DNA of 64,000 bases from Candidatus Saccharimonadota bacterium. Lineage in GTDB: Bacteria; Patescibacteriota; Saccharimonadia; Saccharimonadales; JACDBH01. Shown here piece by piece: positions 7,447-17,516 of this stretch. A program made the translations under genes and the position numbers. The stretch spans positions 17,425 through 81,424 of the forward strand of contig JACDBH010000002.1 in assembly GCA_013694995.1 (NCBI GenBank), given 5' to 3'. A model generated the notes under the pieces. It saw only the letters and a list, made by a program, of their open reading frames with translations, did not search any database and had not been told where the DNA came from. Position 1 is the stretch's first letter. Each line of letters starts with the position of its first letter.

Positions 7447-8955
7447 ATGGCTACACTAAAAGATTTCCGGGATGAGAGGCTGCGTAAATTAGCTGAGCTT
7501 AAAGAACTTGGCATTAATCCTTATCCTGCTAAATCAACTAGAACGCATTATCTAGTGGAAATAACCGAGCGCTTCGAGGAGTTGCTGGGGCAACAGGTTA
7601 CTATCGTAGGACGTATTAAATCCATACGTAAGTTTGGTAAAATTGCTTTCATTGTTATCAAGGACGAATCTGGCGAGGTGCAGTTATTCTGGACCCAAAC
7701 AGAAAAGGCCGATGCAGACCACAAAAATAGCGAACTTTTACTTAACAACATTGCATTACTTGACACCGGCGATTTTGTTGAAAGTACAGGACCTGTTATT
7801 AAGACTCAGACCGGTGAAATATCCATTGAGGTAAAGAAGTTTCGATTGCTTACAAAGTCACTACGGCCAATGCCCAATGAACAGGAAGGATTCACTGACA
7901 AAGAACAGCGGATGCGCCGTCGCTATGTTGATATGAACGTCAACCGAGACGTGCATGATAGGTTTGTGCGCCGAAGCAAGTTTTGGCAGGCAACACGGGA
8001 TTTCCTGAACGAAAAAGGCTTCTTAGAAGTTAATATCCCAGTTCTAGAACATACGACAGGTGGAGCTGATGCTAATCCATTCGTAACTCATATGGACGCG
8101 CTGGATCAGGATTTTTATTTAAGAATTTCGCACGAATTGCCGCTGAAGCGACTCATCGGTGCCGGATTTGAGAAAGTTTATGACATTGGCCCCCGTTTCC
8201 GAAACGAGAACTATAGTGATGAACATTTGCCAGAACATGTAGCCATGGAATGGTACTGGGCCTATACCGATTGGGAGAAGGGCATGGAACTGATGGAAGA
8301 AATGTTCAGTGAAGTGTTACTGAAAACTTTCGGCAAGTTGAAATTTACCATTGATGGCAAAGAAGTTGATATGAGTAAAGCCTGGGAGCGTTGGGACTAT
8401 GCAGGCGTGATTCGAGATCATTTTAATTTGGACGTTTTTAACGCCTCTGTTGAGGATGTGAAGGCTAAGTTGCAAGAGCATGGCTTGGTGGTGGAAAAAA
8501 CTGAAAATGTAGCTCGAGGTATAGACAAGCTCTGGAAAAAAGTCCGTGCAAACGTCGTGGGACCAATCTGGTTAATTAATACACCGGCTTTTATTTCACC
8601 TTTATCGAAAACAAGTGATGATAACCCAAACACTACTCAGCGCGCCCAAGCGGTTATTGCCGGCAGTGAACTATGCAACTTATTTTCGGAACTTAATGAT
8701 CCTATTGACCAACTTAGCCGCTTTACGCAGCAGGAAGCCATGCGTAGTGAGGGTGATAACGAAGCAATGATGCTCGATATCGATTATGTTGAGATGCTCG
8801 AATATGGTATGCCACCGACTTGCGGCCTAGGTTATTCCGAAAGATTATTCTGGATTTTTGAAGGTGTTACTGCCCGCGAAGGCGTGCCATTCCCTCAACT
8901 CAAAATGGAAATCGACAGTGTCACTAAATCCATCTATCCTGATCTAAAACTTTAA
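7447..8955 (+). CDS. lysS: Lysyl-tRNA synthetase, class II
   Basis: 502 aa. N-terminal OB fold, then YDIGPRFRNE and GLGYSERL class II motifs. Confidence 0.95.
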   Translation: MATLKDFRDERLRKLAELKELGINPYPAKSTRTHYLVEITERFEELLGQQVTIVGRIKSIRKFGKIAFIVIKDESGEVQLFWTQTEKADADHKNSELLLNNIALLDTGDFVESTGPVIKTQTGEISIEVKKFRLLTKSLRPMPNEQEGFTDKEQRMRRRYVDMNVNRDVHDRFVRRSKFWQATRDFLNEKGFLEVNIPVLEHTTGGADANPFVTHMDALDQDFYLRISHELPLKRLIGAGFEKVYDIGPRFRNENYSDEHLPEHVAMEWYWAYTDWEKGMELMEEMFSEVLLKTFGKLKFTIDGKEVDMSKAWERWDYAGVIRDHFNLDVFNASVEDVKAKLQEHGLVVEKTENVARGIDKLWKKVRANVVGPIWLINTPAFISPLSKTSDDNPNTTQRAQAVIAGSELCNLFSELNDPIDQLSRFTQQEAMRSEGDNEAMMLDIDYVEMLEYGMPPTCGLGYSERLFWIFEGVTAREGVPFPQLKMEIDSVTKSIYPDLKL

Positions 8956-10610
8956 CTAGTGCCGATTTTTAGTTCTTTGCCACCAATATTCCGGGCAAAG
9001 TAGCTGTCGTGGCTGATGTAAATAATAGCACCGTGGTAGGGTTTTAAAGCGTTCTCTAGCTCTTCAATGCTTGGCAGGTCAAGGTGATTGGTTGGCTCAT
9101 CTAAAATCAGCAGGTTGGGTTTGTTTATAAGCATTCTGATCAGTTGTAACCGGGCTTTTTGGCCACCGCTTAGGTTGCGTACCAGCACCATGGCATCAAC
9201 CGCTGGCTCAAATAAATAATCACCCATGCTGCGCATAATCGATTGTGGGTTAATGGCTAGGTCAAAATCCCTGTATATATTTTCGATAGCTTCGTAGAGT
9301 GTTAAGTCCAACAGTTTATCGCCCATTTCTTGTTCGTACATATTAAACCGGACATGCCGGCCCGGTGTAATGGTACCTTTTATTATTGTTGCCGGTTTAT
9401 CACCTCGTACGCTGGCAGCAATTGCTCGTACTAATGTAGTTTTGCCGGCACCGTTACGGCCAACAATATGCAGCCGTTCGCCGGATTGCAGCGAAAAGCT
9501 AACCGGATCAAACAGCGGAATGCCGTCATAGCCTAGCTGGGCGCCGTTAATAGTCAACATGTTTGTGGCCCGTTCGCCCTCTGTATGCTTGCCCATTTTT
9601 ATATTCTTAGCTTTAAATTTTTCATAATTGGCGGTGGTTTTTGGATTTAAGGCAGCGGCCGATTCTTGATCGATCCAAAAGCTTGGTTTTGGGTTAGCGT
9701 CTTCAATTTTTTTAAGTTGTTTACGCAACCTGTCACGCATGACGATAAAGGGGTTATTGGCAGACTTACCGGCATAGCCTGGGGCTCGGGCAATGGCATA
9801 GACAATCTGACTTTTTAGATTTGCCATAGTTTTTTGGGCTATTTCATAATTCTGTAACTGGTTAGTTGTGCTGGTAGTGTTTTGCTTCAAATAAGCTTCG
9901 TAATTGCCTTTATAAGTAACAGCTTTTTTATCTTTTAGTTCTATAATCCTATTCACTTTTGCTAACACATCACGGTCATGAGTAATAACTAGGCAACCAT
10001 GTTTCGCAGCCTCTAGCCAGGCAATAAAGGCGGCTTTGGCGATGTAGTCCATGTGGTTAGTAGGCTCATCAATTAGTGCCAGGTCGGGTTCTGAAAACTG
10101 TACAACTAACAATTCAACGAATCGTTTCTGCCCGCCGCTTAAGGCCGTCATAGGCAGACGGGCACTTTTTTCATTAATCTGGTATTTTGCAAGCGCCTGC
10201 AACAATCTGTCCTCAACATCATAATAATTTAAGTGCCCGTAGCGCTCGAGTGCATCTGAATATTCATGTATCTTACGCATATCATCGCCCATGCTGCCTG
10301 GGTGGTTGTCGATTACATGCTTTAGTCTTGCGTAATGCGGTAGGTTCGTAAGTATATACTCAACAGCCGACTGTTCCCCCAGGCCATGGTGCTCTTGCTG
10401 AGTAGCAATCATCCGTAAGCCTTTCCGCGCGTCAATCGAGCCTTCAAACTCGGTGTCTGTTCCGGCCAGCACATTGAATAGCGTCGTTTTACCGACGCCG
10501 TTACGGCCGACCACGCCGATTTTTTCATCGTCATCGACAAAAAACTGCAGATTGTTCAGCAGGTGCTTATTGCCAATAATTTTGTCTTCAATTTCTACTC
10601 TGAGTAACAT
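8952..10610 (-). CDS. ABC-F family ATPase (two ABC cassettes, no TM domain)
   Basis: Walker A GRNGVGKTT and GRNGAGKTT; signatures LSGGQKRF and LSGGQKAR. The track ORF runs to 10694. I prefer Met at 10610 because TGgTACTCT (-10) lies 9 nt upstream, matching the local leaderless pattern. Confidence 0.88.
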   Translation of the reverse strand: MLLRVEIEDKIIGNKHLLNNLQFFVDDDEKIGVVGRNGVGKTTLFNVLAGTDTEFEGSIDARKGLRMIATQQEHHGLGEQSAVEYILTNLPHYARLKHVIDNHPGSMGDDMRKIHEYSDALERYGHLNYYDVEDRLLQALAKYQINEKSARLPMTALSGGQKRFVELLVVQFSEPDLALIDEPTNHMDYIAKAAFIAWLEAAKHGCLVITHDRDVLAKVNRIIELKDKKAVTYKGNYEAYLKQNTTSTTNQLQNYEIAQKTMANLKSQIVYAIARAPGYAGKSANNPFIVMRDRLRKQLKKIEDANPKPSFWIDQESAAALNPKTTANYEKFKAKNIKMGKHTEGERATNMLTINGAQLGYDGIPLFDPVSFSLQSGERLHIVGRNGAGKTTLVRAIAASVRGDKPATIIKGTITPGRHVRFNMYEQEMGDKLLDLTLYEAIENIYRDFDLAINPQSIMRSMGDYLFEPAVDAMVLVRNLSGGQKARLQLIRMLINKPNLLILDEPTNHLDLPSIEELENALKPYHGAIIYISHDSYFARNIGGKELKIGTS

Positions 10611-10707
10611 AACTGTAATAGAGTACCACCTCTTTAGCTTTTGGTTAGTATCTAGTGCGGCTTTTTGCTTAATACTTATAAGCAAACTAATCATGTAAAC
10701 TATATTT

Positions 10708-11187
10708 ATGGAGCAAGCAATTTTTGCAGCAGGGTGTTTCTGGGGCGTGCAGTATTATTTTGACCAGGTACCGGGTGTTACAAAAACTACTGTGGGCTAC
10801 GTTGGCGGGCATACCGACAGCCCAAGTTACGAAGACGTGTGCACGCACACTACTGGACATGCAGAAGCAGTCGAAATTGAATTTGATCCGGCACAAGTTT
10901 CGTACGAAACATTGCTAAAGCAATTTTTTAAAATGCACGATCCTACTCAATTGAATAGGCAAGGACCTGACGTAGGGGATAGTTACCGCACGGCAATTTT
11001 TTATACTACCGAAAACCAAAATGAACAAGCCGAACGAATTAAAAAATCTGCAGCCAGCGATTTTAATGATCCAATTGTTACCGAAAGCTCTAAAGCCGGA
11101 GTTTTTTGGCCAGCGGAGGACTACCACCAGAAATTTGCAGAACGAACAGGCCGCGGTATTTGCCATATCCCGTACAAAGCCATTTGA
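10708..11187 (+). CDS. msrA: Peptide methionine (S)-S-oxide reductase
   Basis: 159 aa. GCFWG active-site motif near the N-terminus. Confidence 0.94.
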   Translation: MEQAIFAAGCFWGVQYYFDQVPGVTKTTVGYVGGHTDSPSYEDVCTHTTGHAEAVEIEFDPAQVSYETLLKQFFKMHDPTQLNRQGPDVGDSYRTAIFYTTENQNEQAERIKKSAASDFNDPIVTESSKAGVFWPAEDYHQKFAERTGRGICHIPYKAI

Positions 11188-11294
11188 GCCATAAAGTTTT
11201 TACCATCTAAGTCCTAAAACCCCTTATCTCCTGTTCAGTAGGGACTTTGTGCATGTTAGGGGTGTGATGAGTTTTTGGGAGCTGCTTTACGTGT

Positions 11295-11927
11295 ATGTAT
11301 ACTAAGATGGTGAACTATATCTTTGATTTTGATGGTACGATAGCAGACAGTTTACCGGCTTTTATAACTGTTTTTAATAAAGTCGTTCGCGGTGATGACA
11401 ATGCGTTAACTGACGAAGAGCTTTTAAAATTCCGGAGTATGACGTCGCGGCAAGCACTGCGGATGGCGGGAATACGTTGGTGGCAAATTCCTAAACTACT
11501 CATTTCCGGTATGGGCGATTTTCATGATTTAGTGCCCACGATGCAAACGTTTAAAGGCTTACCGGCAGTTATAAAAAAAATGTATGAACGTGGCGACCGT
11601 CTATACATAGTTACCTCAAACACACATGAAAATGTTGGCAAATTTTTAGAACTTCACGGCCTCAATATGTACTTTAGTGATATATCAACTGGCGCTAGCT
11701 TGTTCCGCAAATCCGGCTACATTAGCCGGTTAATCCGTAAGCATAATTTGAAGCGCAAGCATACGGTCTATATTGGTGATGAAACACGAGACGTACAGGC
11801 AGCCCGGCTGGCACGTCTTAAAACGGTGTCAGTGACATGGGGCTTCAATACCGAAGAAATTCTTCGCAAGCAACGCCCTGCGTATATCATTAATAAGCCG
11901 CTAGAACTCCTTGATATTGTGCTGTAG
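11295..11927 (+). CDS. HAD-superfamily hydrolase (phosphatase-like)
   Basis: FDFDGTIADS motif I and GDETRD motif IV. The start could be the second Met at 11307. Confidence 0.8.
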   Translation: MYTKMVNYIFDFDGTIADSLPAFITVFNKVVRGDDNALTDEELLKFRSMTSRQALRMAGIRWWQIPKLLISGMGDFHDLVPTMQTFKGLPAVIKKMYERGDRLYIVTSNTHENVGKFLELHGLNMYFSDISTGASLFRKSGYISRLIRKHNLKRKHTVYIGDETRDVQAARLARLKTVSVTWGFNTEEILRKQRPAYIINKPLELLDIVL

Positions 11928-11971
11928 TAATTGCTAAACATTAGCAGTATACTTAAAGCCAAATATATATA

Positions 11972-12736
11972 ATGGAGGGTAGTCATAAGAATATGGACCA
12001 GCAACACGGTGTTATTAACTCGTTCGGGGAATCAACAACTACTGTGCCCCCCACGCCTTCGCATGGTCCAAAGCCTATTTATATCGAGACCGATCATCAA
12101 ATAACCGATCACACCGCTCCTAATAAGGAAATAACTAGTCCGCAACCACCAGGCAATATTTTTCCCGATAGGATAAAAGAAGAGGAAGTAAAAAGTCCCT
12201 TTGCTGCCTCACCAAATGCCACAAATACTTTAGTCGATGCAAGCTCAGTACTAAGTTCGCCCGTCGACGATAAACCAGTACCTGTGGTAAAAGTATTAAG
12301 TGTCCGTGGGGTAGAATATGCCATGATGTCCATACTTCTATGGTTTGGCGCTGCTTCACTGATTACAATTTTAGCATCGCTCATTATGGGCGGTAGCGGC
12401 TTTGAGTCGATGGCATTCCCAATCTCCGTGCTGCTAGTCTGTTTGCCTGGGTTTGCATGGCTTTTTATCCGTTTGCGCCGCATAGAACTTGCCGACCCAA
12501 AGTTAAGGCTCGAACCGTCAAAGCGGCGTTTTTCGCAGATTACTCAAATTTTGGCTTTCCTGACCTGCTTCTTTAGTATCGTCGGACTTGTCTATACACT
12601 AGTCTCGGCAGCGGGCGGCGAAGAAGTTGACTCCTTGGGCAAGGTTGTAGGTGTCGTGGCTGTAATCCTGGCAGTAGCCGGCGGTATACTTGTTTATTAC
12701 TGGTTTGACGAGCACAAGCTGGTTGGCGGTAAATAA
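11972..12736 (+). CDS. Hypothetical membrane protein (Pro-rich N-terminus, about 4 TM helices)
   Basis: 254-aa ORF with four long hydrophobic segments. Alternative start at 11993. Confidence 0.6.
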   Translation: MEGSHKNMDQQHGVINSFGESTTTVPPTPSHGPKPIYIETDHQITDHTAPNKEITSPQPPGNIFPDRIKEEEVKSPFAASPNATNTLVDASSVLSSPVDDKPVPVVKVLSVRGVEYAMMSILLWFGAASLITILASLIMGGSGFESMAFPISVLLVCLPGFAWLFIRLRRIELADPKLRLEPSKRRFSQITQILAFLTCFFSIVGLVYTLVSAAGGEEVDSLGKVVGVVAVILAVAGGILVYYWFDEHKLVGGK

Positions 12737-12738
12737 TA

Positions 12739-13335
12739 ATGAAAAAATATTACATAGGTCTAATAATACTTAGTGTTCTGGTGCTAGGCCTGGCAGGGTA
12801 TGTCATAAGCCTGGGGATGTTGGCAAAGCAGGATAAAAAAACCGAAAAGCGAGTAGGAGAAATATCAGAAAAATTAAATAATTATATTTCCGATGAAGAT
12901 GAAATTCCTGAATCACTAGATAAGGCTGGTATTACGGGTGTACCAAGCACGATAAAATTTGAGAAATTATCAGACGAAAAATATAAGTTTTGTGTAACCT
13001 ATCAAGCTGATAAAGGCTATGGTAGCGGTAGTATAACAAGTGTACTGACTGAGGCAGCTTATGGTGGAATGTATAGCGATGCATACGAATCAAATTCTGA
13101 AAATGAAAAATCTTACTTATACATGCCATATACTCATACAAAAGGCGAGACTTGCCAGACGATCAAGCCTAATATTTATTCCTCACCAAGCAGGTTTAAT
13201 AATTCAGAACCAGAGTTGGACTACAATACGTACTTAGAGGATCTATGTAGTACTGACTCTGCTAGCGACACATATAGTACTAGTGAGATTTGTGCTCCAC
13301 AGGAAAATGACATACCGGGTACGGACGAGCTATAA
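12739..13335 (+). CDS. Hypothetical N-terminally anchored protein, pilin-like ectodomain?
   Basis: 198 aa. Single N-terminal TM helix, then KRVGEISEKLNNYISDEDEIPESL, which resembles the post-helix segment of pseudopilins. No G/FTLxE prepilin motif. Confidence 0.55.
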   Translation: MKKYYIGLIILSVLVLGLAGYVISLGMLAKQDKKTEKRVGEISEKLNNYISDEDEIPESLDKAGITGVPSTIKFEKLSDEKYKFCVTYQADKGYGSGSITSVLTEAAYGGMYSDAYESNSENEKSYLYMPYTHTKGETCQTIKPNIYSSPSRFNNSEPELDYNTYLEDLCSTDSASDTYSTSEICAPQENDIPGTDEL

Positions 13336-13345
13336 TAAGTTTGAA

Positions 13346-14047
13346 ATGAGATTACACCGGTTTTATGTTAGCCCCGACACGGCCGAATTAAGCCATGAGT
13401 TATGGCTGCGCGATGATTCTTTGCGTAACCAATGGTTTAAAGTACTACGCTACAGGGTTGGTGATGAAATAATCCTCTTTGACGGGGTCGAACACGATCG
13501 ACTTTATAAGATAAACCGTATCGAGCCTGATGCAGTACAGCTGCAACTAGTCACTGATTTTGAACGTAAACTTCCTGCTAAGCACATATATCTATTTTTT
13601 AGCCTACTCAAAAAAGATAAGAATGACTGGGTTTTACAAAAGTGTACTGAACTGGGAGTGCGCAATTTCGTGCCCATCATAGCTGAACGTAGCGAAAAAA
13701 CTGGTTTTAACATCGAACGGGCGGAAAAAATTGTCATAGAAGCGGCCGAACAGTGTGGAAGATCCGATATACCACATATCCGCGAACCTTTAACCATTAC
13801 CGAAGCGCTAGGTGAGTATAAAGACAAAGTAGATCTTCTTATATGCGATGAAGCTATCTCAGTTACTAACTCCCCACTACCAACTACCAATAATCCCACG
13901 GGGATTTTAATAGGTCCAGAAGGCGGCTGGACCGAAAATGAGCTTAATCTGTTTAAGCAATACAGTCTTAATCATCTGCATTTAGGCCAGCTAACTCTCC
14001 GTGCTGAAACAGCTGCTGTAGTAGCATCAAACAAGTTATTAACATAA
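13346..14047 (+). CDS. rsmE: 16S rRNA (uracil1498-N3)-methyltransferase RsmE family
   Basis: Starts MRLHRFYV. C-terminal GILIGPEGGWTENEL motif. The track ORF start (13283) would overlap the previous gene and was trimmed. Confidence 0.88.
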   Translation: MRLHRFYVSPDTAELSHELWLRDDSLRNQWFKVLRYRVGDEIILFDGVEHDRLYKINRIEPDAVQLQLVTDFERKLPAKHIYLFFSLLKKDKNDWVLQKCTELGVRNFVPIIAERSEKTGFNIERAEKIVIEAAEQCGRSDIPHIREPLTITEALGEYKDKVDLLICDEAISVTNSPLPTTNNPTGILIGPEGGWTENELNLFKQYSLNHLHLGQLTLRAETAAVVASNKLLT

Positions 14048-14086
14048 AGTTTACTTAATTAAAAAAGTATAATATAGTACATTATT

Positions 14087-14896
14087 ATGGATATTGAGAA
14101 ACTACAACTAGAAGGCCAGATTGACGCTGTAAAATTAATGCGTATTACTAGATTAGCCGGAGAACTGGGACTTAATGTAGTAGAAGTCAATATTGAATCT
14201 ATATATCCAGATGCCGATGCTAATGGATTGGTAGTACACACGCTGGATACAGATACTATTGGCGGTACTGATGAGGTTAAAGAACAGGAGAGTAATCCCA
14301 TACGCCGGACCGCTACATTATCATCTTTTCAAGCATATGGATTTAAGGCAGTTGTAGACCCTCAGGCTGATATGTTTCACCAACGTTCTAAAAAAGGTTT
14401 TGTAACTGCAATATGGGGTAAATTAGCAGAGGCACAATTCGCAGACCGTACTTATTATTCAGAAGTATACAAGATGAAAAGACCCGATAGGGTAGGTAAA
14501 CCAATTCATCCAGAAAATCTTATCGGCACTACATTACCTAGATATGGATTCATAGCAACGCAGAAGATGAGGCATACCGGAATGACCAATAATAATGACA
14601 AAATAATAGAATATATTGAGCCTGAAAACTGTGACAACATGGATTTAGATGGGTTGGCAAAGTATTTAGTAGCAGTTGCGGGCCACATAAAAGAAATTGC
14701 CGGTGTGCATAGCCTTAAGGGTAAAAGTGCTATGAGCAAGTTGAAGACTTTTATACCTAATGGTATATCGATGCCAGGCCTTATGTTACTTACTGATTAT
14801 TGTACAGAACTATTAAAAGATGATGAAGAATCGCCAGTATCACGAGAAAAATTAGTAGAAGCTTCCACTACTTACAAGCGTTTTATTGAACAGTAA
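14087..14896 (+). CDS. Hypothetical protein (269 aa, soluble, AT-rich codons)
   Basis: Long clean ORF with no recognisable motif. TATAAT lies 13 nt upstream. Confidence 0.6.
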   Translation: MDIEKLQLEGQIDAVKLMRITRLAGELGLNVVEVNIESIYPDADANGLVVHTLDTDTIGGTDEVKEQESNPIRRTATLSSFQAYGFKAVVDPQADMFHQRSKKGFVTAIWGKLAEAQFADRTYYSEVYKMKRPDRVGKPIHPENLIGTTLPRYGFIATQKMRHTGMTNNNDKIIEYIEPENCDNMDLDGLAKYLVAVAGHIKEIAGVHSLKGKSAMSKLKTFIPNGISMPGLMLLTDYCTELLKDDEESPVSREKLVEASTTYKRFIEQ

Positions 14897-14935
14897 CTAA
14901 ACTTTTATACATACAGCTTGCTACAATAATGTAAC

Positions 14936-15730
14936 ATGGCAAATGATTACTGGAGGCAGCGCACCAAACCTTACGAACCTGGGCAAAAAACGGCCTTTAA
15001 GTTGTCGCGTAGCAAAATCGAGCTGTTCATGCAATGCCCACGTTGTTTTTGGCTTGACGTGCGCCTCAAGATTACCCGACCCAACAGCCCGCCATTCAAT
15101 ATCAATAAAGCCATCGATGAACTTTTTAAAAAAGAATTTGATACTTACAGGTTAAAAAAACAACCGCATCCGTTAATGGTTGAGTTTGGCGTAGATGCAA
15201 TACCTTATGCAAGCGACGAGCTTGTTAAATGGCGCGAAAACTTTGTTGGCGTGGTTTCAATGCACGAGCCAACAAACCTGCACATCTTTGGGGCAATTGA
15301 TGACTTATGGGTAGACCCCGCAGGGAACGTGATAGTAGTCGATTATAAAGCTACCGCCAAAGCCAAGGAGGTTGATATCGACTCTGACTGGCAAATAAGT
15401 TATAAGCGCCAGTTGGAAATCTATCAGTGGTTGCTGCGGCAGAACGGCCTGAGTGTTAATGACACCGGTTATTTTGTCTATACTAATGGCCGGATGGATT
15501 TGGACGGGTTTAACGACCGGATTGAATTTCGTACAAAAGTCATACCTTATACAGGTAATGCCAATTGGGTTGAACCGACGATAAAAAAGATGAAAAAATG
15601 TATGGACGATGAAATGCCGGCGGTGGGTACGGCAGCTATGGGTGGCGAGTGCGACTTCTGCGCCTATGCAAAGGCACGTACAAGGCTGACACTAGAGGCT
15701 GTAAGCACTAAGCGGGCTATTAAAAAGTAG
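14936..15730 (+). CDS. PD-(D/E)XK nuclease with Cys cluster (Cas4/AddB-nuclease-like)
   Basis: 264 aa. N-terminal CPRCFW, central IDDLWV...VVDYKAT (D..D/ExK), C-terminal CDFCAY. Confidence 0.75.
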   Translation: MANDYWRQRTKPYEPGQKTAFKLSRSKIELFMQCPRCFWLDVRLKITRPNSPPFNINKAIDELFKKEFDTYRLKKQPHPLMVEFGVDAIPYASDELVKWRENFVGVVSMHEPTNLHIFGAIDDLWVDPAGNVIVVDYKATAKAKEVDIDSDWQISYKRQLEIYQWLLRQNGLSVNDTGYFVYTNGRMDLDGFNDRIEFRTKVIPYTGNANWVEPTIKKMKKCMDDEMPAVGTAAMGGECDFCAYAKARTRLTLEAVSTKRAIKK

Positions 15731-15754
15731 AGTTGACGGTCTATAATATATAAC

Positions 15755-17053
15755 ATGGTAGATATACAGTACATTCGCGATAACGCTGAACTAGTAAAAC
15801 AAAAAAGTCTAGAAAAAGGCTATCCAGTTGATGTCGACACCTTACTTAATTTGGATAAAGAGCGCCGGGAATTGCTAGCCGCCGTTGAAGCATTAAGGGC
15901 TCGTAGAAATGACAACGCGGGTAAAATAAACGGCGGACCGCCTGAACAAGCAATCATCGATGAAGGCAAGCAGATAAAGATTGAACTTGCCGAACGGGAG
16001 ACCTATCTGCTAGATATTGAAAGACAGTTTATGACACTGCTGAAACAAGTACCAAATATGCCACTTGCTGACGTGCCGGTCGGTAGCTCAGAGACAGAAA
16101 ACCAAGTAGTTTATGAATGGGGCGAGAAACCACAGTTTGACTTTGAGCCAAAAAACCATGCTGAACTGGCCGAAAAGCGCGGCTGGCTAGATAAAGAAAG
16201 GGCTGCAAAAGTTACAGGTAGTCGTTTTGCATACATCAAGGGTGATTTAGTAAAGCTACAGTTCGCCCTTATTAATTGGGTTACTGATGTACTGACTGAC
16301 GAGAACCGCATGCGTCAAATTATTGATGAAGCGGGATTGGGCGGCGTATCCCCCAAGCCGTTTACACCCGTTTTGCCGCCCCTCTTAATTAGTACTAGTT
16401 CTTTTGAAGCAATGGACCGGCTTGAGCCCCAGGAAGACCGTTATAAGATTGAGGGCGAAGATTTATGGTTGCAGGGAAGTGCCGAGCACGTACTGGGTTC
16501 TATGCATGCTAACGAAACATTTCAATCAAGTGACCTTCCAGCCCGCTACTTAGGTTTTGCTACCAGCTTTCGCAAAGAAGCCGGAACCTACGGCAAGGAC
16601 ATGGAAGGCATCATACGCATGCACCAATTCGATAAACTTGAAATGGAGAGTTTTACAGAAGCTAAAGACGGCATAAACGAACATCTTTTCATGATTGCAT
16701 TGCAGGAATATATTTTGAAAGCCCTAAATCTTCCTTACCGGAAGCTATTAAAATGCACATTTGATATCGGCAAGCCTAATGCTCGTGGCGTTGATATGGA
16801 AGTCTGGCTACCCGGACAATCTAAGTACCGTGAAACCCACACGGCCGATTACATGACTGATTACCAGGCTCGGCGGCTCAAGACCCGAACGAAATATGGC
16901 GACATGTTGTCGCATGTGCATACCAATGACGCTACTGCTTTGGCGTTGGGCAGGGGCATGGTGGCGATTATAGAAAATTATCAGAACGCTGATTTAAAAG
17001 TTCGAGTCCCAGATGTATTAAAGAATTACTTAGGTGGAAGGGAATTGTTGTGA
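15755..17053 (+). CDS. serS: Seryl-tRNA synthetase
   Basis: 432 aa. N-terminal coiled-coil arm and class II core (FRKEAGTYGKD, RMHQFDKLE). Confidence 0.95.
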   Translation: MVDIQYIRDNAELVKQKSLEKGYPVDVDTLLNLDKERRELLAAVEALRARRNDNAGKINGGPPEQAIIDEGKQIKIELAERETYLLDIERQFMTLLKQVPNMPLADVPVGSSETENQVVYEWGEKPQFDFEPKNHAELAEKRGWLDKERAAKVTGSRFAYIKGDLVKLQFALINWVTDVLTDENRMRQIIDEAGLGGVSPKPFTPVLPPLLISTSSFEAMDRLEPQEDRYKIEGEDLWLQGSAEHVLGSMHANETFQSSDLPARYLGFATSFRKEAGTYGKDMEGIIRMHQFDKLEMESFTEAKDGINEHLFMIALQEYILKALNLPYRKLLKCTFDIGKPNARGVDMEVWLPGQSKYRETHTADYMTDYQARRLKTRTKYGDMLSHVHTNDATALALGRGMVAIIENYQNADLKVRVPDVLKNYLGGRELL

Positions 17054-17421
17054 TCCGAAAATTTGAAATTACTGGCGTTCATGTAGACCCCGATGAAAAA
17101 TTGAAAAAATATGTAATGCAATGTGTTAATAAATTAGAACGCTACATTCCCAAACATGCCCGTGATAGCGTCCATGTCGATGTTAAACTCAAAGAAAGCA
17201 AGCGCCAACAGGACAAGCAGTGCATGGCAGAAATTATTATGTATTTGCCTAAAGAAACTTTAACCGCCAAAGAATCGACCATTAATTTGTTTGCCGCTGT
17301 AGATATTGTTGAAGCAAAATTACGCAACCAGTTAAAAAAATACAAAGACACACATACCGACCCGCGGCTTTACCGCCGGCTTACAAATAAGTTCCGCCGC
17401 AATCATCCCAACGAGATCTGA
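17050..17421 (+). CDS. hpf: Ribosome hibernation promoting factor / RaiA family (short form)
   Basis: 123 aa. HPF-like fold pattern (ITGVHVD..KLKKYV...KLERY; LFAAVDIVEAKLRNQLKKYKD). 4-nt overlap with serS. Confidence 0.85.
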   Translation: MIRKFEITGVHVDPDEKLKKYVMQCVNKLERYIPKHARDSVHVDVKLKESKRQQDKQCMAEIIMYLPKETLTAKESTINLFAAVDIVEAKLRNQLKKYKDTHTDPRLYRRLTNKFRRNHPNEI

Positions 17422-17516
17422 TTAATTTTACAACACTATAACATCTCCCAGGGAAGTTTTTTACGCCCAACAGTGGTACAATATTTTGGACTACAAAGAC
17501 AGTAAGAGGCCATGTA

